64,000 nucleotides of DNA from assembly GCF_009914755.1 (NCBI RefSeq), contig NC_060933.1; one strand, written 5' to 3'. A program made the translations under genes and the position numbers. Positions 15,101-32,298 of this stretch are shown in pieces. Position 1 is the stretch's first letter. The number at the start of each line of letters is the position of its first letter. This DNA comes from the human T2T-CHM13v2.0 reference genome, Homo sapiens. Under the pieces are notes generated by a model that worked only from the letters and a program-made list of their open reading frames with translations, was not told where the DNA came from and did not search any database.

Positions 15101-15774
15101 TCTCCTTCATGCATTACTGATTCAATAATAATATATTCCTTCTTGGCCATCTTCTAAGAATGCTGTGCCTCAGAGAGCTTGTGTATTTACCTTACGGTGG
15201 ATGGCTTCTGTATTTTTATCTCTAGGCTAACCTTACCTGCTGAGCTCTCTGTATCTGTTTATTTATTTACTCTTCATTTATTCAAAATTATTTTTAAAAA
15301 TTGAGAACATACTGTGTATTATTGCTTTGCTGGGCTCTGGAGAATTTATATTCTACTGTAGTGTTTCTCCAGTTGTAGTTTACTGCCAGCCTGCATCATT
15401 TGGTATGCTTGTGAAAAATGCAGATTCCTAGTCTCTTCATCTGGTTTATTCACTTGTGATCTCTACCTGTGGGCATTATTTATACTACAAGTTGCAAACC
15501 TCTGGTCTCCTAGATGAGATGTCACCACTTGATGTCTTGAGAGTAAATTAAAGTTCGTATGTTCAAAAGTTCATTACTCTTTCCCATCTCTCATTGTGCC
15601 CAGATTTTATGAATGGCACCACTAGTTACCATAGCCTGACCCAGGTATACCCCTCATTATCCCTCATTCCCCCTCCAGCAATACCATCATCAGTTATTGG
15701 CTAAACTCCTTGATTCTGAGTTCTCACCTTCTCTTGACTTTGCTTCCTTCGCTTGTTTCTTTTGTGTGTGTGTT

Positions 15775-16077
15775 TTGTTTTGTTTTGTTTTGTTTTGAGA
15801 CAGTCTCGCTGTGTCGCCCAAGCTGGAGTTCAGTGGTACGGACTCGGCTCACCACAACCTCTGCCTCCTGGGTTCAAGTGATTCTCCTGCCTCAGCCTCC
15901 CGACTAGCTGGGATTACAGGTGTGCGCCACCATGCCTGGCTAATTTTTGTATTTTTAGTAGAGACGGGGTTTCACCATGTTGGCCAGGCTGGTCTTGAAC
16001 TCCCAACCTCAGGTGATCCACCTGCCTCAGCCTCCCAAATTGGCTGGGATTACAGGCATGAGCCACTGCACCCAGCC
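15775..16077 (-). mobile_element. AluS
   Basis: Antisense Alu with (TTTTG)n tail. Confidence 0.9.
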
Positions 16078-16327
16078 TTTCACTTGTTTCTTATGCCTTT
16101 CTGGTTTGTGTGCTTGTCTCTTTCTTTTGGACCTTTGCAATATTTTTCCCTTGCCTTCCATCTCCCCTGCCTGTACTTTATTCTCTTAACTTCTATAAAT
16201 ACAAAAATGATCCTGGTTGCTTCCTTTTAGTCTTTCATGGTTATTTCTTGCCTAGAGGATGAGCTCCAGGCCTTTTCAGCCTTGTCTGTGAAGTCACGAA
16301 GAATTTATAGCAGAGATGAGTCTTAAA

Positions 16328-16495
16328 GCAGTGCTGCTCAAGCTTGAGTGTGCCTGTGAATCACCTAGAGATCTTGTTAAACTGAAGATTGAGTTTCAGT
16401 AGTTTTGGGGGATGAGGCCTGAAATTTTGAAGCTCTGAAAAGCTCCCAGGTGTTGCCAATGCTGCTGGTCCATGGGCCACACTTGGAGTATGAAA
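16328..16495. mobile_element. MER5A
   Basis: gcagtgctgctcaagcttgagtgtgc...gctgctggtccatgggccacacttggagta. Confidence 0.72.
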
Positions 16496-16948
16496 GTCTG
16501 GAAAGACCGCCTCCTAGGAGTAGTTGGATGCTTCCATCTCTCTTCTCTCAAAGTGTTCCAAACATACTTTGATGATAGCCTGTATCACACTGCATTTGCA
16601 GAGTCCCGTACAGACTCTACTTCTGAATGAGAGGTGGCGTGTGCACATGTGAGAACCACCTCTCCTATTAACACATGGAAATGCTGTAACGATTAGACAC
16701 TTACACACCCAGAGCCTGAAAATGTGAAAAGAAAATCTGCATATTCCAGAAACCAAGAGGGAATGCAAAGCAGTGGGTTGGTCTGGTCTGCTAATTTGAA
16801 TCCCGGTGGGGTTTTAATTTATTGATATTTCTTCTCATTGGTATATTTTCCTGATTCTTTGCATGCTTGGAAATTTTTTAATAGATACCAGACATTTTGA
16901 ATTTCACCGTGTTGGGTGCTGGATGTTTTTGTTTTTCTGGACTGTTGA

Positions 16949-17275
<327 letters not shown>

Positions 17276-17499
17276 TACCTTATTTTCTGTGTCATAGGAA
17301 TCACTGTCTTCCTTTGCTTGATGTCCAGTATCTTCAAAACTGTTGTCTCCTGTATTTTTTTCTGATTTTTTGGTTGTTTCAGGTGGGAGAGAGTAAATCC
17401 AGTTAGCGTTTCTTCATCTTGTCCAAAAGTTGAAGGCTTGGGGGGTGGGTGGTGGGAAGAGTAGGGCTTTTAGTACTAGTGCGAGGACAGAGTCAGTGC

Positions 17500-17930
17500 T
17501 GCACACTAGTTATAATAACCTCAAACTGTAAACAACCCAAACATCCATCAACAGAAAGTAAATAAAGTGTGGTATATTAGTAAAACTATCCTGTAACAAG
17601 AGTGAATACATGATAGCTAAATGTAACAACGCGGATGATTCTCACAAACATAACGCAACCCAAAGAGGCCAGACAGGAAAGATACATCCTATGGGATTCC
17701 ATTTATATAAAAATTTAAAGCCAGCAAAACTAGTCTGAAGTCAGGACAGTGAGTACCCTTGAGGGGAGCATAGTACGTGGAAGGAGACACGAGAGGACTT
17801 CTGGGGTTCTGCTAATACTGTTTTTTGATCTGGGTACTGGTTACATGAGAGTTTCACTTTGAGAAAATTCTTTGAGCTGTGTACTTACAGGTGACTTTAT
17901 AATATGTACATTATGTATCAATAAAAAGTA
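17500..17930 (+). mobile_element. L1ME-like 3' end
   Basis: aaacaacccaaacatccatcaacag...tgtatcaataaaaa. Confidence 0.72.
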
Positions 17931-18253
17931 CCCCCCACACCACTTCCCCAACAAAAAGGTCAAGGCTGCAAGCCAGATGCATTATAGGAAGGTAAGAACT
18001 GGATTCCCAGTATAGAACCTAGAAAGCAAGTCGTCTGCCCTAGGCTGAGGGTAGAAATGGACACCCATGAGAAAGCTTGTGCAACGTGTAGGAATCATAG
18101 GCTCAAGTTCATACTGTCTAGGAAATGCAGAAACCCTGATCTGAGACACTAAAAGAAAAACTAGTTAGAAACCAGTAAAACTTGTAAGACCCTGTCCGAG
18201 CCACTTATAATACTGCCCCACTTTAAGGGCTCCACCGTGGAGGCCACTTTTGA

Positions 18254-18565
<312 letters not shown>

Positions 18566-18601
18566 CACAAGGCTACTTCTGACCTTGGAAACTCTTCTTT
18601 A

Positions 18602-18694
18602 TTTTGAAAAAAACCACTGGGATTTAAAAAATGTTTTTGAAAAAAAATCACTGGGATTTAAAAAAATTTTTTTGAAAAAAATCACTGGGATTTT
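18602..18694 (+). repeat. 3-copy ~33-bp tandem repeat (ttttgaaaaaaatcactgggatttaaaaaa)
   Basis: Direct reading. Confidence 0.88.
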
Positions 18695-19981
18695 AGAGCT
18701 TTTTATTCTGTCATCCACATCTCAAACTCTTTCATGATTTCTGTGTAGAAATCTGTAGATTGGTTTCCAACACACTGGTCATGGCCAAAGGCATTGTTTC
18801 CACCTGTGGAACGATTCTCCAGAGCAAAGCTTTGTTGACATCTTTAAGAGTTTTGTAAGGAGAAGAGCTTCTGGGCATGTGCAACCCAACTTCCCCATTA
18901 AGCCACAGCTCCTTCACAGTAGGGAATTCACCTGTTGCTTGTTGCATTCCAGTGCATATGATAATGACTAGTGTACATTCGGGGCTGTAAAGATGTTGTC
19001 CAGTAAGTGACTGCAAAGCAGTCATGGAGTACCACTGTGTGCTGAGCCTAGTGCTAGAGGTGTTTTGTTTATTTGGTGACTTAATGGATATTCTTCTATT
19101 GTTTTGACAAACATTTCAAGTAATTTGTACCACATGGCTTTGTTGGTTGCGTTATGTAAGTCAAAACAGTATTCTGCAAGGTAGGATCTCGTACCCTAGG
19201 GGGTACACAACAAACTGACCTGTTGGGTTTTGGAAAGAAAATATTAGAGAGAGACAGGGACAGAGGGGAGGCACAAATACATTTTTTAAAGGCCCTGTGA
19301 TATAGTCTGGCTTATTTTGAGTAGAAATTTCAGATATAGTACTTAACAATTCTCTTTATCCATAAACCTAGAGAGGGCTTTGTGGCTGTTGAGAGAGTCA
19401 GAATGAATCTATGATAAAATACTGCATTCTCAACATGAAAAGTTCTTCAAAGGAGGAGGTGTATCTAATGATATTTAAAGTAAAACATCTTGGGAGAAGG
19501 GAGAAGTAGGATCTACTCTAAACTTTACCAAAATGTAATCGCCTCTAGACTATTCAGTACAGCTTAGATGATCTTCGTTGCTACTGTTTTTGATCTAAAG
19601 CCTTGCCACAGGCACTGAGATTATTAGTGGGCCAGTTCTCTCTGCTACTTAGCCAGCACTTGACCTGCATGTTTTGGTAGTTTAATAGCACTTAAGGATC
19701 ACACAGTGGGACCAACAGATAAAAATCACTGGGATTTTAGACCTTCTTATTCTGTCATCCACATCTCAAACTTTTTCATGATTTCTGTGTCTTTACCTGT
19801 CCCTCTCTCTGGGCTGCATTCTGGATAGCTTCTTCTAATCTAGATGCCAATTCTTTCGTAAATTGTGAGTACGTAAGATTCTGTATTACTTGTCTTTTGA
19901 GTTTCTGATGTCAGTGATTGTAACTGTCATTCCTAGAACTTGTGTGGTTCTTTTCATATTATTTGTGGTCATATATAATGA

Positions 19982-20421
<440 letters not shown>

Positions 20422-20952
20422 TGAGGACTGAATCCAAGATAGAGAGCATCCGCATCTTCCCTCTATGGACCAGGATTTTTCTGCTTGCCTTTCAGGGAGT
20501 CCAGATTTACCCAAGGCTCTCAGAACAGTTGTCCTGTCATTCTTATCTCAGGCTTCTCTCCATCTCCAGGTCACCAGTAGATGGTCAGGAGGCAAGCATG
20601 GACTCTAGCACTCAGTCACTGAAGAGGTTTTTTTCTCATTTCTGACCTTAGAGACTCTTCTTTATTGTCCTAACGGTTCAATTATGTATTTTAAAACATG
20701 CTTTTACTACACTTGTATTAAAAAGGAAGAGAGACAAGTTTATGAATATGTACATATATAATTCATATATACCATAAATGTGTGTATATATTTTGACTTG
20801 TATATGCATTTTTAAAACCTCTGGAAGGACAAGAAACTAGTAATGCTGGGGAAGCAGTAATGGAAACAGGCAGATGGGGGGCCAGTGGTGACAGATTTCT
20901 TTTATCAGACCCTCTTAATATTTTTAGTGATTTGAACCATATCAGTATATTA

Positions 20953-21232
<280 letters not shown>

Positions 21233-21239
21233 ATATGTG

Positions 21240-21250
21240 TATATTCAACA

Positions 21251-21306
<56 letters not shown>

Positions 21307-21410
21307 CAGGATATATATATATTCAACAGGATACATATATATATTCAACAGGATACATATATATATTCAACAGGATATATATATATATATATATATATAT
21401 CCTGTTGAAT
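21240..21410. repeat. Compound [ATTCAACAGG(AT)n] x5 minisatellite ending in an inverted unit
   Basis: Units at 21243, 21301, 21321, 21343, 21365; CCTGTTGAAT at 21401. Confidence 0.95.
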
Positions 21411-21642
21411 CAATTAATTGTGTAATATAAACTTTTTTCCCCAGCAGTCTAGATGTTCTTTACCTGGTGGGTTTCAGGCATCTAGTCTGCTATTTTGTTA
21501 GAAATAGAATAGTGATTACTTTTGTGGTTATATGCGTTTTAGATCGTGGTTTTACCTGTCTGGTCCTCCAGATGAACTCTGTAGAGCAATATTTTCCAAA
21601 CTATCTATGGCAAAGCAGTTGTTCTTTAAAATTATCCAATCT

Positions 21643-21945
21643 GGCTGGCTGTAGTGGTTCACACCTGTAATCCCAGCACTTTGGGAAGCCGAGGCGGGCA
21701 GATCACTTAAGATGAAGAGTTCGAGACCAGCCTGGCCAACATGGTGAAACCCTGTGTCTACTAAAAATACAAAAAGTTAGCTGGGCATGGTGGTGCATGC
21801 CTGTAATCCCAGCTACTTGGGAGGCTGAGGCAGGGGAATCATTTGAACCCGGGAGGCGAAGGTTGCAGTAGCTGAGATCGCACCACTGCACTCCAGCCTG
21901 GGTCGCAGAGCAAAACTCTGTCTTAAAAAAATAAAAAAAAAAAAA
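21643..21945 (+). mobile_element. AluS
   Basis: Dimeric Alu; TSD tccaatctg. Confidence 0.9.
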
Positions 21946-22235
21946 TTCCAATCTGCCATGAGCCAATACTTTGGTAAACTACAATAAAAATAAATTGCTG
22001 ATCACATGCTTGATGTCATGGCAATGTTAAATTGCTATACAAGTTTCTAAAAGGTTTCACTCAATTGTTTCTCACTTGCAAACCAGTAAAAAGCAATGCT
22101 GGACCAGACCACACTTTGAGTAGCACTGCGATAGATGGTGCTCCAGTATTTTCTGGTACTTGGTGTATCAGAAATTGATACCACCCTGTTCTTTAAATTT
22201 CTTGTTGGTTTTAAAGTTTTTCCATTGTAAACCTG

Positions 22236-22271
22236 GTGTGTGTGTGTGTGTGCGTGTGTGCACGTGTGTGT
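22236..22271 (+). repeat. (TG)n microsatellite
   Basis: Direct reading. Confidence 0.88.
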
Positions 22272-22785
22272 AAAACTGTATGGCCTTATCTAAAACGTTA
22301 GATGTTTGCTACAGCACACACCTGCCTTAGTTAGAGACCAAGCCCATGGCTAAGTGGTCTGGGTGGTGGTACCGGTGTCCCTCCAGAAGTCTTTCCCAGT
22401 TTAATAGTGGATTTTATCAAATCAAGATGCATTGATGCAAGTATTTTTTGATCATCTAGAAGTTCTCATTGGTTGATTTTCACAGTAAGTCAGAGCTGCC
22501 ATCTGCCTGGCAGCAATTGTAAGGTACCATTGATGTCAGAGATGTTAAAATGTGGAAGAACATGTGTCTTAGAATATCTTGCAGATGGACCCATGATGTT
22601 CTAGTGCCTAATTACTGTCGAATGCTTGGAGACTTGTTTATGAGAAGTACTTGTCACATATTTACTAGAAGTAGGAGGAAGGCTTCAGTGGCTTCCTTTA
22701 GAAACTTCACCACTGTATTGAATGGCATCTTGTTGCAACAGCCTGATGTTAACTGGGGCACGTTCTGTCTTCTCTAGCATTGCTT

Positions 22786-23085
22786 CTTTCTTTTTTTTGA
22801 GACGGAGTCTCACTCTGTCACCCAGGCTGGAGTGCAGCGGCACAATCTTGGCTCACTGCAACCTCCACCCCCGGGTTCAAGTGATTCTTCTGCCTCAGCC
22901 TCCCGAGTAGCTGGGATTATAGGCACCCACCACCACGCCCAGCTAATTTTTTTTTTTTTTTTTTTTAGTAGAGATGGAGTTTCAGTGTGTTGGCCAGGCT
23001 GGTCTCGAACTCCTGACCTCAAGTGATCCACCCGCCTCAGCCTCCCAAAGTGCTGGGATTACACAGGTGTGAGCCACCACACCTG
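22786..23085 (-). mobile_element. AluSx-like
   Basis: Antisense Alu; TSD gcattgcttctttc. Confidence 0.9.
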
Positions 23086-23616
23086 TGTGGCATTGCTTCT
23101 TTCATTAGGAGCCCTGCTGTGCTGCAGCATCCTTGCAATGGACAAGCAGTGAGAACGTTGGCCATTTGGTCACTTATCTATGAACTGGTGGCACTGGTAT
23201 ATCTTCCAGTGTCATTAATAGACATTTTTCTCATCATTGAGTTTTTTTCTTACTTTCAGTTTCCTTCTGTTCTACCCCTGCCATTCTGACCTTATTAATA
23301 TTGGGAGTTCCAGTTGTCCCATTATCTTGCTTGCCATGCAGACTGCTTGACACTTCTTTTAACTGTGTATTATCCCACTGCAAAGAAATTTCTCAGAAAG
23401 TTCTGGTTATCCTTTCATAATTTTCTGCTGCAGACGGTGTTTTATTTTACCTGTTTTTATAGTTCTGTGGCCACTTCAGTGGCAATTTAAGAGGAAGAGG
23501 AGTTAATCTTTGGGCTAACACTGCCATTCATTTCTTCACCATGTATTTTATTGAAATGCCTGCGCTATGCCTGGCATAGTTCTGTGAGTATAGCAATAGT
23601 CAGAGAGTAGTACATC

Positions 23617-23790
23617 ATGGGTATTCAATCTTTTGGCTTCCCTTGGTCGTATTGGAAGAAGAAGAATTGTCTTGGGTCACATATAAAATACACTAACAAT
23701 AGCTGATGAGCTTTAAAAAATCGCAAAAAATCTCATAATGTTTTAAGAAAGTTTATGAATTTGTGTTGGACCGCATTCAAAGCCATGCTT
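23617..23790. mobile_element. MER30 DNA transposon
   Basis: caatcttttggcttccct...ggaagaagaagaattgtcttgggtcacatataaaatacactaac...gcattcaaagcc. Confidence 0.8.
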
Positions 23791-23951
23791 ACCTGGTTCT
23801 ACTTCCCTTCATGTTTAGATCCTCTTTTAGAAAGATGTCAAGTTTTAAAAATCTTAACTTAGAATTTAGGGATTTATTGATAGCTTGTCAGTGCTTTGAT
23901 TTGACACTAATGTATTCTATAGAAATAATTTTTATATCATTTGCTTTTTAG

Positions 23952-24093
23952 CCGATTACACCTCAACAAGAAGGCAACTGACAAACAGCCTTATAGCAAG
24001 CTCCCAGGTGTCTCTCTTCTGAAACCACTGAAAGGGGTAGATCCTAACTTAATCAACAACCTGGAAACATTCTTTGAATTGGATTATCCCAAA
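23952..24093 (+). CDS. UGCG: UGCG coding exon 2 ([47 protein letters not shown])
   Basis: Acceptor ctttttag, donor AAA|GTAAGT; 142 nt; GT2-type VSLLKPLKG motif. Confidence 0.98.
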
Positions 24094-25824
24094 GTAAGTT
24101 CAGTGTTACGGTTTTTTGTTTTGTTTTGTTTTGTTTTGTTCCCCTCATGATAAACATTTAGGGATTTTAACACTGTATAAGGTGAAGGTATTAAAAATTC
24201 ATGATGATATTGGCCTCATAAAATATAACCTTTAGTAGTAGTCATCACAGAACAGAAATAGGTTGAGGAAGGGGTGTAAATTCCCTTTCTAACCACCTAT
24301 ATGTCCGTGTGAAGTAGAGATCCCTGAGTAAACCTTCTGAAACTCAGACATTGTCAAGTGCCTGGTAGTTTGAAAATAAAAATTTTCTTCCATAAGAGCT
24401 GGATATGAACAATAGGAAGAGGAGACAAGGAGAGGGAGAAAGCAGTGTTAGTGGTCTGAAATGGGTTGCAGTACAGCCAGAACTAAACGTGACTTCTCCG
24501 GAGAAACTGGCTTTGAGCCAAGAATAGATTACAGTTAGTGGTACTGTAGGGTTTCATCTTACCTCATTTTTAATTTCCTTACTGTTCTGATTTTAATAGC
24601 TAATTGTATTGCTTATACCATTTATCTATATAATCTGTATATCTGTAAACTCAGTGTACTCCCTTAATTGGAGACCTTCCAGTTTTCTTGAGATGAAAGT
24701 ATTCTTTTTATCACTTTGCTTTAGTAGTCCACCTGTAGTTTCTTAGGATAACTTAATATTCTTTGATTTTTGTACTTAGCTTTACAGCAGCTTTGTATTA
24801 AATTGCTTGAGACTGCTTTTGAAAGGGCATTTTGGTGGTAACAGATCACTTGTGAGAAGAATGTGTCTTTAAGCTTCTACCCACTTGACTTTCAGTACAG
24901 TTTAGTTTTCCCTTTGCGGTCTCTATTCACTTGCCTCAATTTTTACCCTATTGCCTCAGTTTTTCCATAGCTGTTTTTGCTACTGGGAGAGTCGTCCCTC
25001 TTAATTTTTTTGGACAGGGTAGCTCAAATAATCAGAAGGAAGATGATATGCGCACTACACTTCTTATGGTGACTGGTTTTCATGCTCTTATTTCTTTTCT
25101 TTTAGCCTTTATTTTTCTCGGTAGCACCAATGAAAAGAATAGAGAAGACACAGATGTGATAGCCTTAATGCAGCACTTATTAAGTAGGTAGACATGAGTA
25201 TCATTCAGTTGTATTTTTAGTGTTTTTATATTATTGCTTTGGAGTTTTGGAGTTTAGAAGCCAATTTTGGAGTATTGGAAGCTGTTTTGAAGCAAAAAAA
25301 TTATATGTTCTAGTTTGTGTGTGTTTATATGCTTAATAATTTTAGATATTTGAATTAAATACATGTGTTAACTTCAATCAAATATATAATTTTTAAATAA
25401 GATATAATTGTATATACTTGTTTTTTCAAACTAAAAAATGGTAAAACTTAGCCTTTTGTAATTGAGAAAGATATAAATAAAATTAATTGTAAAATAAGCT
25501 TTGCAGTAAGAAAAATGGGAGATTTTCAAGCTCCATAAAAGTAAATGCAAAGGAGAATTAATGTTTACGAATGAAAGAAATTTTCTATTGATTATGAATG
25601 AATCTTAGAGCATAGCTTAGAGTCATATGCATTATCATTGTGAAACTTAATCTCACATTTCAGTTTTTTAACCATCCTCTTTCACTTTCCCCATTCAACC
25701 ACTCTTAAAATTGGTCATGGAATTTTTACGTTGTAGTGCTTGTGAGATGATAGTCATGGGGTTTAAATGCTTGAGGAAGTCAGTGAGGGGTTTAGTTGTA
25801 GAAAGAATGGTTTTTTGTGTTCGT

Positions 25825-26122
<298 letters not shown>

Positions 26123-26209
26123 TAAAAAGTAACCCCAGGGTTATATGTATCCATTGATTACGAGCATTTCTAATGACCCCATAACTGATTTCTTGTGAAT
26201 GAAGATTTT

Positions 26210-26345
26210 GGCCAGGCGTGGTGGCTTGTGCTTGTAATCCTAGCACTTTGGGAGGCTGAGGCGGGAGGATTGCTTGAGGCCAGGTGTTCAAGACCAGCCT
26301 GGGCAACACAGTGAGACCCCCACCTTCAAAAAAATAAAAATTAAA
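26210..26345 (+). mobile_element. Alu left monomer (FLAM-like)
   Basis: Monomeric Alu with A-rich tail. Confidence 0.82.
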
Positions 26346-27341
26346 AAATTGAAATAAAAAATTGTTTTGGAAATTACAGTTTAGAATGATCTCAAGAGCT
26401 CTTGTTTTCACTTAGAGTAGTAGCTCTTTTTCCATTTAGTTATATCATTTAAGTGGGTTGAGGAGAAAGCTATTTTGACATTCATTGTAAGATGAAGAAT
26501 AGCATCTGCAGATTATTTTATTCTTTGTTAGTACAGAATTTTATTTTCTAATTATAAACTTATATTTAGCTGTATAAATAGAAAGTTTGGAAAGCAGAGG
26601 AGAAGTGCAAAGTACCTGCAATCTAAGGGAAATATTTGATTTCACAGCATTTTATTTACTTGGTGAAAACCAAATACAATGGCAAATGTTCCACAGGAGA
26701 CTAAAGTTAAACCACTGAAATCACGCATATCTGAGCATGAACAGACAAGGCATTTGTGTCACCAAGAAGTCAAGGAGACCCAAAATAAACATTTACGTGA
26801 CTGCCAGGCGCAGTGCCCTTTCATATTTGCATTTTGCCTGGTGTGAACATCGTTTTACCAGAGTATGGAAATGTTTTCATTTTGGACATAACTTTCTCTT
26901 CTAATATTCGATTGGGACTATCATAGGCCATTTGGGGGAAAATAATAAAACATATCTTCAAGTTTTAAAATTTTACTTAATTTTGGACATGTGCAAGAAA
27001 ATTTACTGCTACTGGTACTTGCTCTGAATTTCTAGGTTTCAATTTTGGTGAGACTAGACTAGTTGCTCTGAAAGATCTCTGCGCTGTATTCATCTTACAA
27101 GTCTACTTTTATACTGATACTCATTCCTTGGGAAGACATAAAAGAATGAAAAGGTGATGCAGTTCATTTTCCACAGCATTGAACACTCATTTGTCACCAG
27201 CGTAGAAGGGATTTGGGGAGAGATTAAGCAGTAGCAGTAATAGTCAATAATCTGCGTCTAAAGTGGCTTGCTGGCTTTACTTCAGTAAATTCTGGCCATG
27301 TGAAGAATACCTAAATCAACTATCAGAGTTCTTAACAGTGA

Positions 27342-27688
<347 letters not shown>

Positions 27689-27998
27689 TGATTTAACAAT
27701 TTTAATACAGGGATTCTTAGCAAATAAAATATCTCATCAAATTGTGAAGACACAGAGCTGATAGCTGAAAAATGATTCCTGGTTAAAATCTGATACTTTA
27801 GAAAATACTTGGAATGCTGCCTCCAATTTGGTGTAATTTCCAATATCAAAAACAAATGAATCTTATGTATTTGAGTCTGAACTTTTTTTTGGATAATATG
27901 AATATGAGTCTCATTTACACTCTGGCTAATCAGAAAGTATTTGTTTTTAATTAAAAATTATGTTTAAGCAGTGTAATCAATAAAAATTAAAACTTCAA

Positions 27999-28312
<314 letters not shown>

Positions 28313-28564
28313 TCAAACCTTGCATCTGAATAAAGGCAGACTGTACCTCCCTTACTTATAACCTCCCTACTTAACACTAGTATAGCATTTTTCTTCCCAT
28401 TGAGTATATTTCTAGTACTATATTTTTACAAAGTTTTCTCTTGCTGGGGAAAATAAAAGCTAAGATTAGTTTTTTATTGTACTTTATGGAATTGCATTAC
28501 TTATAAACATTTCCTTTCATCATATGTACTCATACTCACAAAATAGCATTAAAAAAGCATTAAA

Positions 28565-28840
<276 letters not shown>

Positions 28841-28856
28841 TTAAAGATACTATGCT

Positions 28857-29194
<338 letters not shown>

Positions 29195-29704
29195 TTAGAG
29201 CAAGCCTGGCTGAGCAGCCTCCTATAGTAGGAAAGCTCGTTGTTACTTTTGCCGTTTGAAAAGTCACTTAACCTCTCTAATCATTATTGTGAAGGTCATT
29301 GCCTTTTTGGTGGCTCAGCCAAATATTGTTTTGAGAGTCTGGATGGGAGGCTGACTGACACTTTCTGTGACTTAGAGTCAGCTCTTAAGGAAATCTCAGG
29401 AGGGTGGTAGAAGTAGGGCCCTTTCCATTTTCAGATTTTTATCTGGTCTCTGGAGACCAGGTAACTGTCAAGTTGGTTTCAGTACCTCTTGAGTGGCAAT
29501 TTTCGTCAGTCATCATTAGAGGTAGATATTGGATAGAATATATAATAACAGCAGTATGTAGGTAGAAAGTATGAGGAAAATATACATTGTTTTCCTCATC
29601 GACTTAATTATTAAGAAAACATGTTTTTCATTTGACAAAAAATCTTATTAGCTAACCTTCTTCATTAACCTTAGTCTTGGTTCTTTTGTGATCAACTGCA
29701 AATT

Positions 29705-30010
29705 TCTTTTATTTTTATTTTCCCCGAGACGGAGTTTCACTCTTGTTGCCCAGGCTGGAGTACAGTGGCGCAATCTCGGCTCACTGCGACCTCCCTCTGC
29801 CTCCCAGGTTCAGGCGATTCTCCTGCCTCAGCTTCCCAAGTAGCTGTGATTACAGGTGTGTGCCACCATGCCTGCTAATTATTGCATTTTTAGTAGAGAC
29901 GGGGTTTCACCATGTTGGTCAGGCTGGCCTCGAACTCCTGACCTCAGGTGATCCACCTGCCCTGGCCTCCAAAGTGCTGGGATTACAGGCTTGAGCCACC
30001 ACGCCTGGCC
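29705..30010 (-). mobile_element. AluS
   Basis: Antisense Alu. Confidence 0.88.
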
Positions 30011-30175
30011 CACAAATTTTTTTATTGGCAGTTTTTGCTGAGATTATAGGTAGTGGGCAAACAATTGTTATTATGCTCACAGGCACTATAAACATTTTAT
30101 TTCTACTTTTTACTTGTGTATGCTTATCATTGGAAGTAAATATAACAGACTTTGTCGTTCTCTTGAGTTAGTTAG

Positions 30176-30549
<374 letters not shown>

Positions 30550-30717
30550 TGTTCAACCAGTTTTAGAAAAGATTTGGTAGGAAATTTCTTCATTGAGTCA
30601 ACATGAATTTATTACCACTTCTGGGGAAAAAAATCACTACTTAGAATACATATCCTACAAATAATAGAGTAGTATTTTTGTATGTTAAGGACAAATACTT
30701 AAAAAATTTAGTTGTTG

Positions 30718-31030
<313 letters not shown>

Positions 31031-31148
31031 TTAGGGGTTCAGTTCAGGATTTTATAAATCTGGCTGCATGTCAGATCACCCCAGAGATTCTGACTCAAAA
31101 GTCTAAAATAGGGTCCAATTCTCTTTTTAAAATAAATGCCCCAGGGTG

Positions 31149-31459
<311 letters not shown>

Positions 31460-32195
31460 CCAGGGTAATTTTGTCACAGCTGGGCAAGTGTTAAGAAATG
31501 CCTTTCTTAATTTACTGTTAAAAATCTAAACATAGCACTGGGCAAAATAAAGTTGTAGGTATTTTCATAGTTACAAGGCTAAGCATGCATTTCAAGATCG
31601 TAAATGTCCATTCAAATCAAATTCTGTTTTGTTTCAAAAAGTTATGAAACAAAAAAGGGTAATCTTACTTTGTCCTTTTCATGTGATGAATTTGGAAGGG
31701 CCCTTTAAATTTATTATAATGGGATTTTATATGAAATTTGTTGCACCTTCATGAAATAATATTAAGTATAGAGACAAAGCTTCTAGAGAGAGGTTGTGTT
31801 TATTTTGCTTCCTTTTGATGTCACTTTTTACTCTGCTAGGCACCCTGTGAGCAGTTAGTAAATCTTCAGTAGTGATGGCCATGGACAAGCTTGAGATCCA
31901 GTTAATGGAGATTAACTAGGAGATTCCTATCTGGGAATGGCAAGACTGCAGTTGTGGGCACTGCCAGTCTCTTCCTTATTTATTCTGCTTGCAGATAGGC
32001 TCCTAATTAGAAGCTTCACTCCATTAAAGCAACACTTGTTATCATAAGTGTTTGCATCCATTGTGAATGCTCTCTTTTAAAACTTTGCATAATACAGTTG
32101 CTTGTTTTTTCCTGTGCTTTTTGTTCAATCAATACATGCTAGTAAGTGCTTATTTTTTTAAAGAATTTAATTTACATACAATGCTTTTTGACTAG

Positions 32196-32298
32196 TATGA
32201 AGTGCTCCTTTGTGTACAAGATCATGATGATCCAGCCATTGATGTATGTAAGAAGCTTCTTGGAAAATATCCAAATGTTGATGCTAGATTGTTTATAG
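32196..32298 (+). CDS. UGCG: UGCG coding exon 3 ([34 protein letters not shown]; D1 motif, D92)
   Basis: Acceptor tttttgactag, donor TAG|GTAAGT; 103 nt; frame continuous with exon 2. Confidence 0.97.

Noticed and set aside
18602-18694. Spaced ~33-bp repeats resembling an array
   Set aside because: Simple head-to-tail tandem repeat with no unique spacers
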